Source of the DNA: Mobula hypostoma
Taxonomy: Eukaryota
DNA: 64,000 nucleotides
Reading direction: 5' to 3'
Assembly: GCF_963921235.1 (NCBI RefSeq)
Contig: NC_086097.1
Span: forward strand, 107,758,001 to 107,822,000
Part shown: positions 1-13,080 of the stretch, piece by piece
Numbering within the stretch: the first letter of the stretch is position 1
Layout of the letters: every line of letters begins with the position of its first letter
Position numbers and translations under genes: made by a program
Notes under the pieces: generated by a model
What the model saw: only the letters and a program-made list of their open reading frames with translations
The model's database searches: none
What the model was told of the DNA's origin: nothing

Positions 1-55
1 GAAGGGCCGAATGGCCTACTCCTGCACCTATTTTCTGTGTTTCTATGTTTCTATG
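1..55 (+). mobile_element. 3' terminus of CR1 LINE
   Basis: GAAGGGCCGAATGGCCTACTCCTGCACCTATT followed by a (TTTCTATG)n-type tail, matching the tails at 22841-22900 and 63867-63920. Confidence 0.85.
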
Positions 56-151
56 ATGAAGGAAGTCCTGAACACCACCAGAGACAGAGAACCTTCAATG
101 CTGCCCTAAATGCCAGCGGCATAATAGGCAGTAAGTAATTATCTGTCTTAC

Positions 152-233
152 CTTACAGCCTCCAATTTGTTGTCTCCAGTCACTTGTGTTTTGAATACAG
201 CTACTGCCCACTTAAGTGTTCCCTGGCCTCCAG
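152..233 (-). pseudogene. Candidate exon F of decayed minus-strand gene
   Basis: Acceptor ttctaatttgtAG, donor AAG|GTAAGA; phase-1 frame is open: GGQGTLKWAVAVFKTQVTGDNKLEAV. Confidence 0.4.
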
Positions 234-619
234 CTACAAATTAGAAGCTGCAGAGCTTTCATTACTATTGAGAGAAAAGCATCTTGTAGAAACGTATCTC
301 CACCTATATCATGGGGTTCAATGGGAAATCAGTTTCGCAATGTAGAAAAATCATAATACAGAGAGTTTTCTCGGAATGCACCCCCTCTGTAACATTGGGT
401 GCAACCTGTATCAAAGTCAACTATCAGTTAGCAAGACTGTAATCTTATCTCATAAAACTTCTAAGATCATATAGTATGGACTATGTAACTTATCAGATAC
501 TGTATCCTGTCAAATACAACAACAAATATATTAAAAAACTGATAGAAACAAACTGCTAATCCTTTGTCTACTTGTTCAATATTAAGTGGGTTAACAGTAA
601 AATAACAAACAAAAGAACA

Positions 620-722
620 TCACCTGAATGAAGGGGCTCAGCCTGAAACATTGACCATCTATTAATTTCCTTGGATACTGCCTGATCTGCTGAGTTCCTC
701 CAGCAATTTCTGGGTGTTGCTT
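620..722 (+). mobile_element. Degenerate Penelope pLTR fragment with decayed hammerhead
   Basis: CTGAATGAAGGGGCTCAGCCTGAAACATTGAC...TGCCTGATCTGCTGAGTTCCTCCAGCA, homologous to 34544-34640. Confidence 0.65.
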
Positions 723-991
723 TATCATTAAAATGTGTTAATTTTTTTTCATCATTTAAAATTATCAATGCAATCCTCCAGACAAATAAAAAAACCATGG
801 TTAGTCAAGGCACCAATTGATGAATAGAGCAAATTAACTGGTTATCTTGATACCTTAGATGCAAGTGACAGAATACTTGCATGAGAGTCACTTCTCCTTA
901 GGGTAAGGATAATAGTAAGATTTTTTTAATATAGGCAGTGAATATTAAAACTGCACAACAGTTAACCATCTGCCCTATCAATTGTACTTAC

Positions 992-1159
992 TTGTAAGAA
1001 TCAATGGATTAAACAGCAAGGAAGAAGACAACAGCTTATGGTTGCCTTCCAGATGCTGAATTTCAGCCTTTGCATACCAAGCCCTGTTTATTATTGTCAA
1101 TCTGTTCAGTCCTCATTATTCTGCAGTGTGTTCACTGGTTAAGAATAAACCAGATGTCT
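992..1159 (-). pseudogene. Candidate exon E (168 nt, two adjacent in-frame stops)
   Basis: Acceptor ttctacAG, donor CAA|GTAAGT; phase-1 frame TSGLFLTSEHTAE**GLNRLTIINRAWYAKAEIQHLEGNHKLLSSSLLFNPLILT. Confidence 0.4.
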
Positions 1160-2059
1160 CTGTAGAACTTAAAAATCATCGGGTATGCTGTTTTTAACAA
1201 TCAGGATATAAACTTATAGGTCCTTAATATAAATTTGTATTTAAGCCTGCAGCACAAATACTTCCACAGATACAAATTCTGTCTTCCTCATTGAAAGAAA
1301 TACTTAGATCATAAAGTAAGGCCATCAGTAGAATCAGATGCTTTAGATGTATGTACATATTGCAGAAATAATTAAAAATTGAAAAATACAATTAAAATAA
1401 AATCACTTTCCTGACACACCCTCTCAGCTGTCTATGCAATCTTTCTGAGACATGCTCTTCTGCCATTTACTATTTACATAGATGCAAAGCAAACAGAACA
1501 GAAAATGACATAATGTATTTCATTAAAGTGGAACATATTTTAGTGAAGAAAGATCTAGGATAATGGCATTTCTCAGCTTAAGTAATTTCCACATTAAGTG
1601 TTGGGAAGCATGCTCAATTTTAAAAAGGAAAACAGCTTCATAGAGATAACCAATCCTAATTCTGACTGTGAAATGAACCCATCATCCATAGAATTACCAG
1701 CAAATGGTAACCCATATAAAAACTGAATATGAACTTACTCTAGTGCTAGTTCAAGAATTATGTTTGAACACACATAAAATGCTGGCACAGCTCAGCAGGT
1801 CAGGCAGCATCTATGGAGGGCAATAAACATTCAGCGCTGTGTCCTCTAGTCTTAGACTCCTTCACCATAGGAAACATCGTCTTTGCATCCACTCTATTGA
1901 GGCTTTCAACATTCCATAAGTTTCAGTGAGGAAGTGCGTGAGATGTAGGTGTTCTGGTCTCCAACTGGAGACATGGTTTCCAATCCCACTCCTGGCATCT
2001 GCTGACTTTCACATTTGTAGGTTCAACTTCTCTTTAACCGGATGGTGATGAACATGTGA

Positions 2060-2240
2060 AATTCAATGGCTGTGGAGGCCAAGTCATTAGGTATATTTAA
2101 AGTGGAGATTGATAGGTTTTTGATTAGTAAGGGCAATAGAGGTTACAGGGAGAAGGCAGGAGAATGGGGTTGAGAGGGATAATAAATCAGCCATGATGGA
2201 ATGCCCTAATTGTTCTCCTATGTCCTAAGGACTTGTGGTC
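2060..2240 (+). mobile_element. CR1 3' end fragment
   Basis: GCTGTGGAGGCCAAGTCATT...GGAGAAGGCAGGAGAATGGGG CR1 ORF2 C-terminus and 3'UTR. Confidence 0.75.
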
Positions 2241-2286
2241 TTGGTAAAGATTGTTGATAGATGAATGTAGGAAGTGTATTCCATTA

Positions 2287-5200
2287 ATAGACAATAGATA
2301 ATAGGTGCAGGAGTAGGCCATTCGGCCCTTCGAGCCAGCACCGCCATTCACTGTGATCATGGCTGATCATCCACAATCAGTATCCAGTTCCTGCCTTATC
2401 CCCATAACCTTTGATTCTGCTATCTTTAAGAGCTCTATCCATCTCTTTCTTGAAAGCATCCAGAGACTAGGCCTCCACTGCCTTCTGGGGCAGAGCATTC
2501 CACATATCCACCACTTTCTGGGTGAAAAAGTTTTTCCTCAACTCCGTTCTAAATCGCCTACCCCTTATTCTTAAACTGTGGCCTCTGGTTCTGGGCTCAC
2601 CCATCAGCGGGAACATGCTTCCTGCCTCCAGCGTGTCTAATCCCTTAATAATCTCATATGTTTCAATCAGATCCCCTCTCAGCCTTCTAAATTTCAGTGT
2701 ATACAAGCCCAGTCGCTCCAACCTTTCAACATATGACAGTCCCGCCATCCCGGGAATTAACCTCGTGAACCTACACTGCACTACCTCAATAGCTAGAATG
2801 TCCTTTCTCAAATTTGGAGACCAAAACTGTACACAATACTCCAGGTGTGGTCTCACCAGGGCCCTGTACAACTGCAGAAGGACCTCTTTGCTCAACTCCC
2901 CTTGTTATGAAGGCCAACGTGCCACTAGCTTTCTTCACTGCCTGCTGTACCTGCATGCTTACTTTCAGTGACTGATGAACAAGGAGACCTAGATCTCATT
3001 GAACTTCCCCTTTTCCTAACTTGACACCATTCAGATAGTAATCTGCCTTCCTGTTCTTGCCACCAAAGTGGATAACCTCACATTTATCTACATTAAACTG
3101 CCTCTGCCATGCATCTGCCCACTCACCCAGCCTGTCCAAATCACCCTGTATTCTCATAACATCCTCCTCACATTTCGCACTGCCACCCAGCTTTGTGTCA
3201 TCTGCAAATTTGCTAATGTTACTTTTAATCTCTTCATCTAAATCATTAATGTATATTGTAAACAGCTGTGGTCCCAGCACTGAACCCTGCGGTACCCCAC
3301 TGGTCACCGCCTGCCATTCCAAAAGGGACCCGTTAATCGCAACTCTTTGTTTCCTGTCAACCAGCCAATTTTCGATCCATGTCAGTACTCTGCCCCCAAT
3401 ACCATGTGACCTAATTTTGCCCTCTAATCTCCTATGTGGGACTTTATCAAAGGCTTTCTGAAAGTCCAGGTACACTACATCCACTGGCTTTCCCTTGTCT
3501 ATTTTCATAGTTACATCCTCAAAAAATTCCAGAACATTAGTCAAGCACGATTTCCCCTTCGTAAATCCATGCTGACTTGGACTTATCCTGTTACTGCCAT
3601 CCAAATGTGTCGTAATTTCATCTTTTATAATTGACTCCAGCATCTTTCCCACCACTGACGTCAGGCTAACCGGTCTATAATTCCCTGTTTTCTCTCTCCC
3701 TCCTTTCTTGAAAAGTGCGACAACATTAGCCACCCTCCAATCCACAGGAACTGATCCTGAATCTATAGAATATTGGAAAATGATTACCAATGTGTTCATG
3801 ATTTCTAAAGCCACCTCCTTAAGTACCCTGGGATGCAGACCATCAGGTCCCGGCGACTTATCCAGCCTTCAGACCCAACAGTCCATCCAACACCATTTCC
3901 TGCCTATTATAAATTTCCTTCAGTTCATCCATTACCCTAGGTCCTTTGGCCAATATTATATCTGGGAGATTGTTTGTGTCTTCCCTAGTGAAGACAGATC
4001 CAAAGTACCTGTTCAACTCGTCTGCCATTTCCTTGTTCCCCATAATAAATTCACCCGTTTCTGTCTTCAAGGGCCCAATTTTGGTCTTAACTATTTTTTC
4101 CCTCTTCACATACCTAAAGAAGCTATCCTCCTTTATATTCTTGGCTAGTTTACCTTCCTACCTCATTTTTTCTCCGCGTATTGCCTTTTTAGTTATCTTC
4201 TGTTGCTCTTTAAAAGTTTCCCAATCCGCTGGCTTCCCACTCATCTTCGCTAAAGGATTCCTATACTGTCCTTTACTTCCCTTGTCAGCCACGGCCTCCC
4301 CTTAGGATCTTTCTTCCTCTTTGGAATGAACTGATCCTGCACCTTCTGCATTATTCCCAGAAAGACCTGCCATTGTTGTTCCACTGTCATCGCTGCTAGG
4401 GTATTGCTCCATTGAACTTTGGCCAGCTCCTCCCTCATAACTGTAATACTGACATTTCCGATTTTCCCTTCTCCCTCTCAATTTGTAGATTAAAACTTAT
4501 CATATTATGGTCACTTTCTCCTAATGGCTCCTTTACCTCGAGGTCCCTGATCAAATCCAACTCATTGCACAACACTAAATCTAGAATTGCATTCTCTCTG
4601 GTAGGCTCCAGTACAAGCTGTTCTAAGAATCCATCTCGGAGGGCCTCCACAAACTCCCTTTCTTGGGGTCCAGTACCAACCTGATTCCTCCAGTCTACCT
4701 GCATGTTGAAGTCCCCCATAACAACTGTAGCACTACCTTTGCGACATGCCAATTTTAACTCTTGATTCAACTTACACCCTACATCCAGACTACTGTTTGG
4801 GGGCCTGTAGATAACTTGCATTAGGGTCTTTCTACCCTTAGAATTTCTCAGTTCTATCCATACTGACTCTACATCTCCTGATTCTATGTCCCCCCTCGCA
4901 AGGGACTGAATATCATTCCTCACCAACAGAGCCACCCCACCCCCTCTGCCCATCAGTCTGTCCTTTCGATAAGACGTATACTCTTGAATATTCATTTCCC
5001 AGACCCTGTCCGCTTGAAGCCATGTCTCTGTTATTCCCACAACATCATACCTACCAATTTCCAACTGTGCCTCAAGCCCATCCACTTTATTTCTTATACT
5101 CCGTGCATTCATATACAATACTTTTAATTCATTACTCCCCTCACCTCCCATACCAATTCCTATTTCACTTGGCCATACTGTACAATCCCTCCTTGAGCTT

Positions 5201-5795
5201 TCTGCTCTGTTGATTCTGTTGTCTTTCTTAACTTTTCTTATTCTCACTTTCCCTTTATCTCCATCCTTATATTTCCAGTTCGTCCCCTCCCCCCCACAGT
5301 TTAGTTTAAACACACCCATGTTGCAGAGGCAAACCTGCCTGCCAGAATGCTGGTGCCCCACTTATTAAGGTGCAACCCATCCCTTTTGTACAATTCATCC
5401 TTACCCCGAAACATACTCCAGTGGTCCAAGAATCTAAATCCTTGATTCCTGCACCAGTTCCTCAGCCACACATTCAGATCCATTATCTCCCTGTTCCTGA
5501 CCTCTCCAGCACAGGGAACTGGAAGCAAACTGGAGATAACCACCCTGGAAGTCCTGCTTTTCAGCCTTCTTCCGAGTTCTCTGAAGTTGCACTGTAGAAC
5601 GTCTCTCCTCTTCTTCCCCATGTCATTTGTGCCGACATGCACCACCACTTCCGGATGTTCACCTTCACCCTTGAGGATTCCGTGCAATCGGTCCGTGACA
5701 TCCTGGATCCTGGCACCAGGCACCAGGGAGGCAACACACCATCCTTAAATCTCGCCTGTTGCCGCAGAAACCCCTTTCTGTACCTCTCACTGTGG
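2287..5795 (-). mobile_element. CR1 LINE, 5'-truncated in ORF1, frameshifted
   Basis: ORF1 SGNH esterase (PGARIQDV...HVGTND...DGLHLN, 5301-5723); APE endonuclease (YMNARSI...ITETWL...MGDFN...SDH, 4435-5361); RT (DFQKAFD, GVPQGSVLGP, FADD, 2996-3814); C-terminus 2467-2895. Confidence 0.95.
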
Positions 5796-7589
5796 AGCAA
5801 TGTGTAAGACTAGTTTAGCAGTTATTGGGAGGTGAGATTTGAAGCTGTATTCTCTGCCCTGTGAAGTCATTGAACATTTTTTCAGTGCCTCATTCAGATC
5901 CTTATGGCTTGATGCACCACATTCACATCAGTTTTTGTCTCTTTCCGCACCAGATTCCCTCACTGGATAATCTAGAAAAATCTGGAAATAATAATCATAT
6001 AAGGAGTCAGGGTAAGGGAATAGCCTCTTAGGATGAAGATGAGGAGAAATTTCATTCGGCTTCTGGTTGACACCTTATAGAATTTTCTAGCCCTGATATT
6101 TGAATGATTTAAACGCTGGGCCAGATGGATTGAAAAGGCAGGGGCGAGGGTTGGGCTGGTTCTGCTCACTGCTCTATGATGTTTACTCCAGTACGTGCTG
6201 AACTGAAGCATATGCTGCTTGAACTCTGGGGTATCTTCAGTGTCCACTTTTATTTCAGATTTCCAGCAATTATTGTGTTCTGCATTTCATGGTTCCAGTA
6301 TTTATTTTCTCTCTAGTTCCCTCATTCGCCTCCTTATATTTCCACATCATCTGATAAGCATATCAAACACTTCTTTTTTTTTGAGATCTCCAACATCTGC
6401 TGTATTTTAGCTCTTCCCCTACGCATAAAACAATGGTTTGCCAGTTGCAGTTTGTCTTGGAAAATAACACCCCCAGGTGTTAAGTTGAAATTGTCACCCT
6501 TTATATTGTTTGACGACTATGGTCAAATACTTAAATTATTGAGGTAACTCTACTGTTACACCTATTCATCCAAAATATCATTGCCATCTATTTTTTTCAG
6601 AGAGACAACATTTATTGTAACTCTGCTTAGGAAATCTCTACATGGTAATGTCCATTCTTTGTACTCCATCAAAGTTCCGTAAAATTTTTTCCCTTAGATC
6701 AAAAATTACTTAGGAAACAGAATCACCTCAAAAGTTCAAAAATATGCACATTAATTATTCATTAGCCCAGAAGTTTCAACTCAATTCTGGTAATAGTAAA
6801 TGCCACACTTTTTTTCTTTCTATATTCAGGCACCTTTAGGTGAATTCAGATAACTGAAAAGAAGATAATTTTTAAAATTAATTGTCATTCATTCATTTTA
6901 ATTTGGATTGCATAAAACAAAAGAAACTTAGATGTAACATAGTCATTGTAAAACCAGAGTTTGGGCTTCAAAGCTGCACCTTCCCCCAGGAAAAAACACA
7001 AAGTTGTGGATGATTCATGCAGTTTAAATAATTTCAAAACCATAAAAGAACACTAAAGATCCACAAAAAATTTGTATAGATTTGAATACTTCCAACAATG
7101 AAGATAAATACCACAAAAGGTGAAAAGCTTTCAATTCTTTAACAGAACAGAGGCTGATACTGAACACAAAGAGCAAACATTTCTACAGATGTACTTTCAA
7201 ACAAGGAATACTGAAGCAACAAGACATATTTTTGCATGAGCTGAAGCTGCCCACTTCTTTTACTCACATGTTTTTATGGCCCCATCTTCATTGTGTAAAG
7301 GTTTCAGTTCTGATCTCATTTGAACGGATGGCTTGATGTTGATAAGGTACCACTTCCTGGATCATGGATTTTATTCCTGATTGTGCTTGGGCTTCAGTAT
7401 TTGCCTTTTTCTGTAAATCATCCAAGTTTTACAGTATTAGAAATTCTCCATCTAGTGCCCCCGAGGCACTGCCCTGAACCCTTTGACCTATTGGCCCTTT
7501 AGGCAGAGTCAGTTTCCTTTTAGGTTGCCTAATCCACTGTCCACCTGTCCTATACTTTCCATTCTTCCACTGTCAACCTCTCAAGGTTC

Positions 7590-7903
7590 AATCAACGTGG
7601 TCTGTGCATTGTGGACTCGAACTCACATATGTTGTGTTTCTAGTTTTTCTGGTTGCTATTTCTTGTTGCTTGTTTGGGCAATTGTGAATCGGGGCGGACT
7701 GCAGATAACAAACACTGAGCTGATGCTTTTTGATTTTGTGTTTTATATTGAGTGCTTTTATTCTTATTTTTGTTGTTGTTCTGCAATTTTTTTGCACATA
7801 GTGGGGGTGGGGTGGGGGGGGTTGATGTTTTTTTCTTTGTTTTGTGACTGTGGGAAGATGAATCTCAGAGTTGTATATACTTTGATAATAAATGTACTTT
7901 AAA
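7590..7903 (+). mobile_element. LINE 3'UTR-like / SINE repeat
   Basis: T-rich body ending GAAGATGAATCTCAGAGTTGTATA...TAATAAATGTACTTT; related copies at 17740-18005 and 59470-59815. Confidence 0.65.
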
Positions 7904-8160
7904 TTTGTGGCTCCGGCAAACCTGACACAGTGGGACAAGACACCCACTCTTTCACCCTGTACCCAAATACCTTCCACTCTTCAACTTTCTTTTACACTCC
8001 ATATGAGCTCTTGAGTTTTAATGGGAACAATATGAAGCCTTCAGGATTTGTTGTTCAATTCTGCCTGATTTGCTCATTGACAATTGCAGTTCTCTTCTTC
8101 TTCTCAGACTGATTCTGATCATTAATACATGTGTCTTCATATGAAACCATCAATCCTAGT

Positions 8161-8574
8161 CTTTCTCCTGCTTCTCTTCTCCAGAAGTGGCTGCGTGACC
8201 TTGGCTTCACTAGAAGAGAGATCAAGTCAACCAGCAAGTCTGTAGCTGAGGCATCAGAGAAAGGATCAGCATGGGTGTGGACCAAGTATGTCCAGAGGGG
8301 CAGATAGTCAGACAATGTATACATATCTTGCAAACCCTTCAGTAGTTGCATAGACACCTGAAGAGCAGACTATCTGTTGGATGGAAGTGACCAACAACTC
8401 TGATAGAGGCAGATGCCAAGTTTTTAAAGCTTTAGCACTGCTGGCCCACCACCTCGAGGGAGTCTTGATCATAAGCGGGCCGAAACTCCTGAAGACAGGT
8501 GGCAGATCAACTGATGATCCCACTGGTGATAGCACAGGACAGTTAACATCTTAGTCCATGTGTTTTTTGTAACG
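8161..8574 (+). mobile_element. HERO-like (restriction-like endonuclease clade) LINE 3' fragment
   Basis: Translates QKWLRDLGFTRREIKSTSKSVAEASEKGSAWVWTKYVQRGR*, resembling the HERO C-terminus; flanked by CTAGT direct repeat (8156-8160, 8575-8579). Confidence 0.65.
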
Positions 8575-8656
8575 CTAGTTGCTTCTGTTTCTCTCCTTTA
8601 GAAGTTGGTTTACTAAAGCTTCCCCATCAGAGGCAATTGCTGCCAAGGCATCTTCC

Positions 8657-9250
8657 ATAAGATATAGAAGCAGAATTAGGCCACTCAGCCCACTGAGTCT
8701 GCTCCACCATTCCATCATGGCTGAACCCAGATCTCATGCAACTCCATACACCTGCCTTCGCGTCATATCTTTTGATGCCCTGACAAATCAGGAAACTAAC
8801 AACTTCTGCCTTAAATATACCCATGGACTTGGCCTCCACTGCAGTCTGTGGCAGAGCATTCCACAGATTCACTACTCTCTGGCTAAAAAAAAATTCCGCT
8901 TTACCTCTGTTCTAAAAGGTCACCCCTCAATTTTGAGGCTGTGCTCTCTATTTCTGGATACCCCCACCATAGGAAACATTCTCTCCACATCCACCCTATC
9001 TAGTCCTTTCAACATTTCAATGAGTTCCCCTGCATTCTTCTATATTCCAGTGAGTACACATCCAAAGCTGCCAAATGCTCCTCATGTGTCAATCGCTTCA
9101 TTCCTAGAATCATCCTCGTGAACCTCCTCTGGACTCTCTCCAATGACAACACATCCTTTCTGAGATATGCGGCATAATACTCCAAGTGCGGCCTGACTAG
9201 TGTCTTATAAAGGTTCCTTGCTTTTATATTCTATTCCCCTTGAAACAAAT
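8657..9250 (-). mobile_element. CR1 3' fragment
   Basis: NLWNALPQTAVEAKS...; tail CCATAAGATATAG on the plus strand. Confidence 0.9.
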
Positions 9251-9499
9251 GCCTTGTACAGATTAATTTTTTGACCCTCATTGTTTTTTCTGTTGTTGGT
9301 ATGCTAATGGCCAGTTATCTCTCATAACTTCTCGCTGCTGCATGAACCTGTGTCACCGGTTCAACTGCGTCTATCAGTCTATTCTCTTTCACAAAGTGCC
9401 TCACTCACTTGCCCAGAAAGACATTTTTGCTGTTCCCTACAGAATAATTTATTTATCTGTTATCTTTATCATTGTCTAATCCTGACAGGTCCCCAGTAT

Positions 9500-9750
9500 A
9501 TGTGTATATTTATTTGGAGAAACAGCACAGAAGAGGCCCTTCCGGTGGAATGACCCGCCTAGTTAACACTGGCCTTATCACAAGACAATTTACAGTGACC
9601 AGTTAACCTACTAACTTGTGTGTCTTTGCACTGTGAGAGGAAACCCATGCTCATGGGGAGAACACCTCCTTACAGAAGGCGCTGGAATTGAACTCTGAAG
9701 CAGCCCAAGCTATAATAGCATTGCGCTAACTGCTACATCACCATGGCGCC
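9500..9750 (-). mobile_element. V-SINE (HE1-like) remnant
   Basis: Reverse complement contains GGGTTTCCTCTCACAGTGCAAAGAC and a tRNA-like head GGCGCCATGGTGATGTAGCAGTTAGCGCAATG. Confidence 0.65.
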
Positions 9751-10084
9751 CTAAATTTAGTAGAGCCACTAAATATTTTAAATATGCATGATTTACCCAT
9801 CTGTTTTAAAAATCAGCAAGAGATTATTACTGATAGATTACAGGAATGAATTGAATGTCAATGTTGCATGTACAGTAATCCCTGATTACTAAAAGTCATG
9901 TACAAACGTACATATCTACAACCATCAGTATATACATAACTCAACATTTCAACAAGTATTGGCTTAGACATGATTATATGTAGCTCTTCTGTGGGTGAGT
10001 GACCAGTTTGCTGCTTCTACTGAAGCTACGGGTATTGGTTTCCTGGCACATTTATATTCTCAGACCTAGGCTCTTATCTGTAAT

Positions 10085-11302
10085 TTCATTTTGATGAAGG
10101 AAGGACAGTAGATGTAGTGTATATGGATTTCAGCAAGGCTTTTGATAAGGTATCCCATGCAAGGCTTATTGAGAAAGTAAGGAGGCATGGGATCCAATGC
10201 GACATTGCTTTGTGCCTCCAGAACTGGCTTTCCCACAGAAGGCAAAGAGTGGTTGTAGATGGGTCATATTCTGCACGGAGGTCGGTGACCAGTGGTGTGC
10301 TTCAGGTCTGTTCTGTTCTGGGACCCCTACTCTTTGTGATTTTTATAAATGACCTGGATGAGGAAGTGGAGGGATGGGTTAGTAAGTTTGCTGATGACAC
10401 AAAGGTTGGAGGTGTTGTGGTTAGTGTGGAGGGCTGTCAGAGGTTACAGCGGGACATTGATAGGATGCAAAACTGGGCTGAGAAGTGGCAGATGGAGTTC
10501 AACCCAGATAAGTGTGAAGTGGTTCATTTTGGTAGGTCAAATATGATGGCAGAATAGAGAATTAATGGTAAGACTCTTGACAGTGTGGAGGATTAGAGGG
10601 ATCTTGGGGTCTGAGTCCGTAGGATGCTCAAAGCAGCTGCGCAGGTTGACGCTGTGGTTAAGAAGGCATACGGTGTATTGGCCTTCATTAAACATGGAAT
10701 TGAATTTAGGAGCTGAGAGGTAATGTTGCAGCTATATAGGACCCTGGTCAGACCCCACTTGGAGTACTGTGCTCAGTTCTGGTCGTCTCACTACAGGAAG
10801 GATGTGGAAGCCATAGAAAGGGTGCAGAGGAGATTTACAAGGATGTTGCCTGGATTGGGGAGCATGCCTTATGAAAACAGGTTGAGCGAACTTGGCCTTT
10901 TCTCGTTGGAGCGACAGAGGTTGAGGGGTGACCTGATAGAGGTGTATAAGATGATGAGAGGCATTGATCATGTAGATAGTCAGAGGCTTTTTCCCAGGGC
11001 TGAAATGGTTGCCATAAGAGGACACAGGTTTAAGGTGCTGGGGAGCAGGTACAGAGGTGACGTCAGGGGTAAGTTTTTCACTCAGAGAGTGGTGAGTGCG
11101 TGGAATGGGCTGCCGGCAACAGTGGTGGAGGTGGATACGATAGGGTCTTTTAAGAGACTTTTGGATAGGTACATGGATCTTAGAAAAATAGAGGGCTATG
11201 GGAAAGTCTAGTAATTTCTAAGGTGGGGACATGTTTGGCACAACTTTGTGGGCTGAAGGGCCTGTATTGTGCTGTAGGTTTTCTATGTTCCTACGTTTCT
11301 AT
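10085..11302 (+). mobile_element. CR1 RT plus 3' end, distinct subfamily
   Basis: MDFSKAFDKV...FADD (10117-10557), LYRTLVRPHLEYC (10723-11211), TTCTATG-like tail. Confidence 0.93.
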
Positions 11303-11559
11303 TTTCCTTGCCAAACTACAGCTCTTCCCTGAAATGATGAGACTGAGTCCTGTTCAAGGACAGCTATACCCAAAAGGATGGTGTTCTGTTCAGTTTATTC
11401 AAGCAGTCAAATAGGTCAGGTGTCCATAACACCACAGACTGAGTGACCAACCATAGGGAATCCCCAAAGTCCTTGTGTTGATAGTTATGGTAAAGTTAAG
11501 GATATATTAGATAATACACTTACAGATTGAGATGCTGAAATTCATGGTCCACACCTCTT

Positions 11560-11850
11560 GAATACCCCATTCAGAGTTTCCAGATCATTTTAGAATCTAC
11601 CCCTTGAGCACCATTGCAGTATTGCACAATGTGAATGTGAAGTTGAGTGGGGAGAGGACGTGACCTAGTCTCCATAAGGACTGTGCTATCAGTACCATTA
11701 TAGACATCTGCAATGGGTAGATTGGTGAGAATGGGGTAGAGTACGTTTAACCCGTGTTGATTTGTCCTCCAGTTGTTGCATACCCAGTCCTGAGTTGTGT
11801 CCTTCAGGATGACCAGTAATGGTGACACACCAAGCTATTATCAGTAATGG
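11560..11850 (-). mobile_element. Ancient LINE endonuclease remnant
   Basis: ORF 11571-11828 (LYPILTNLPIAD...TVLMETRSR) resembles an APE domain end; heavily decayed. Confidence 0.4.
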
Positions 11851-12149
11851 ACTTGAGGGAAAAGTAAAGATCAATCATTGTTGTGTATCTATCTATTTCG
11901 ATATTACTTAATAAATTTGTTATCACACTAACCTTGAAACCATGAGTGAGAAGAAGGAATTACTTGTGACATTTCTCCCCAAGTCTTTGGGACTTTCTCC
12001 CAGTGCTGCTACATCTTTGTTTAGGCTTCTAGTATTTAGCCCTTCCCAGCATCTCTTGTCCTCATTAACTTGGACTATGATGCTTATATTAGTAAATCTG
12101 GCTATGAAAACATCCTTCACAGCTGGAAGTGTTCCAGAAGTAGACAATA

Positions 12150-13080
12150 AGTGGACAAGTAGACAGAAGTAGACAAATGAAATAAAGTGGCTGGAGATCT
12201 GTACAGGGATATAAAGGGAAATAAAGCGATATAAAGGGAAATTTGTACAGGAATATAAAGTGGAAGGGTAAGGTCCCTCAGGGGATGTGTTAAAAGAGAG
12301 AAATAGAAAAATGGTAGAGTCTTCAGTGTATAAGACATGAAGAGATTTGCAATAATAACAGCGAATCAGGGAGGGAGGAATTTAAAACAATCCTTATCAC
12401 AAGAAAAAATGTACAAAGAACTAGTTTCATCTGGATCTGATATCCTGCATCTTGGGGTCTTAAAGGAAATGGGTGTACTGGTTATAAACTCCCATGATTT
12501 TGGAGAAGTCTTAGAGGACTGGAAAATTGTAAGGGTAATGCCATTTTTCAAGAAAGAAGGAAGACAGAAAGCAGGATAGCCTAATGTCTTTCATTGAGAA
12601 AATGCTGGAACCATTGTTCAGAAGATAATAGCTGGACATTTAGAAAGTCATAAAACTATCAGTTCAAACATTGTTTTATAAAAGGGAAACTTGGCACAAA
12701 TTCACTGGACTCTTTGAGGATGGATAAAGGTCAACCAGTAGGTGCATATTTAGATTTCCAGAAGGTATTCAATATAATGCCACATGAAAGGCTCCTGCAC
12801 AAAATTATTGAGCACGGGTTTTTCATGGTCTGGGGAGTGCCTAACTGAGAGAAAACAAGGAGTTGGAATAAACAACCAGCAAATTACTTGCTGGAAGAAT
12901 TCAGCAGGCTGTGTGGCATCTGTTGGTTGAAAGAAATTGTCAATGCTTGGGGTTGATACCGTACATCAGAACTGAGAATGGAGAAGTGAAATGGCCAGTA
13001 AAAAGGATAAAGGAATCTTTTTCAGATTGCGCTCAGTAACTACTGGGCTACCACAAAGATCAGTGTTAGTCCTCAACTTT
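12150..13080 (+). mobile_element. Old degenerate CR1 ORF2 fragment with Penelope-derived insert (about 12872-13010)
   Basis: EDWKIVRVMPFFKKEGRQK, DFQK motif remnants. Confidence 0.75.

Larger units (their letters stand above)
7268..9436 (-). pseudogene. Candidate large exon D, interrupted by three retrotransposon insertions
   Basis: Acceptor ttattctgtAG at 9437-9438, donor CAT|GTGAGT at 7262-7267; purine-rich coding-like blocks between the TEs with scattered stops. Confidence 0.4.

Noticed and set aside
2522..3461. Plus-strand ORFs of 149 and 134 aa, with similar ones at 20135-20638, 21710-22114, 51004-51393 and 63182-63844
   Set aside because: They are antisense shadows of CR1 ORF2 that recur only because the LINE recurs; there is no independent coding evidence.
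8476..8525. GAAAC...CTGAAGA...CTGATGA in the HERO-like 3'UTR as a hammerhead
   Set aside because: Core-like words are present, but I could not build stems I and III with a correctly placed NUH triplet.
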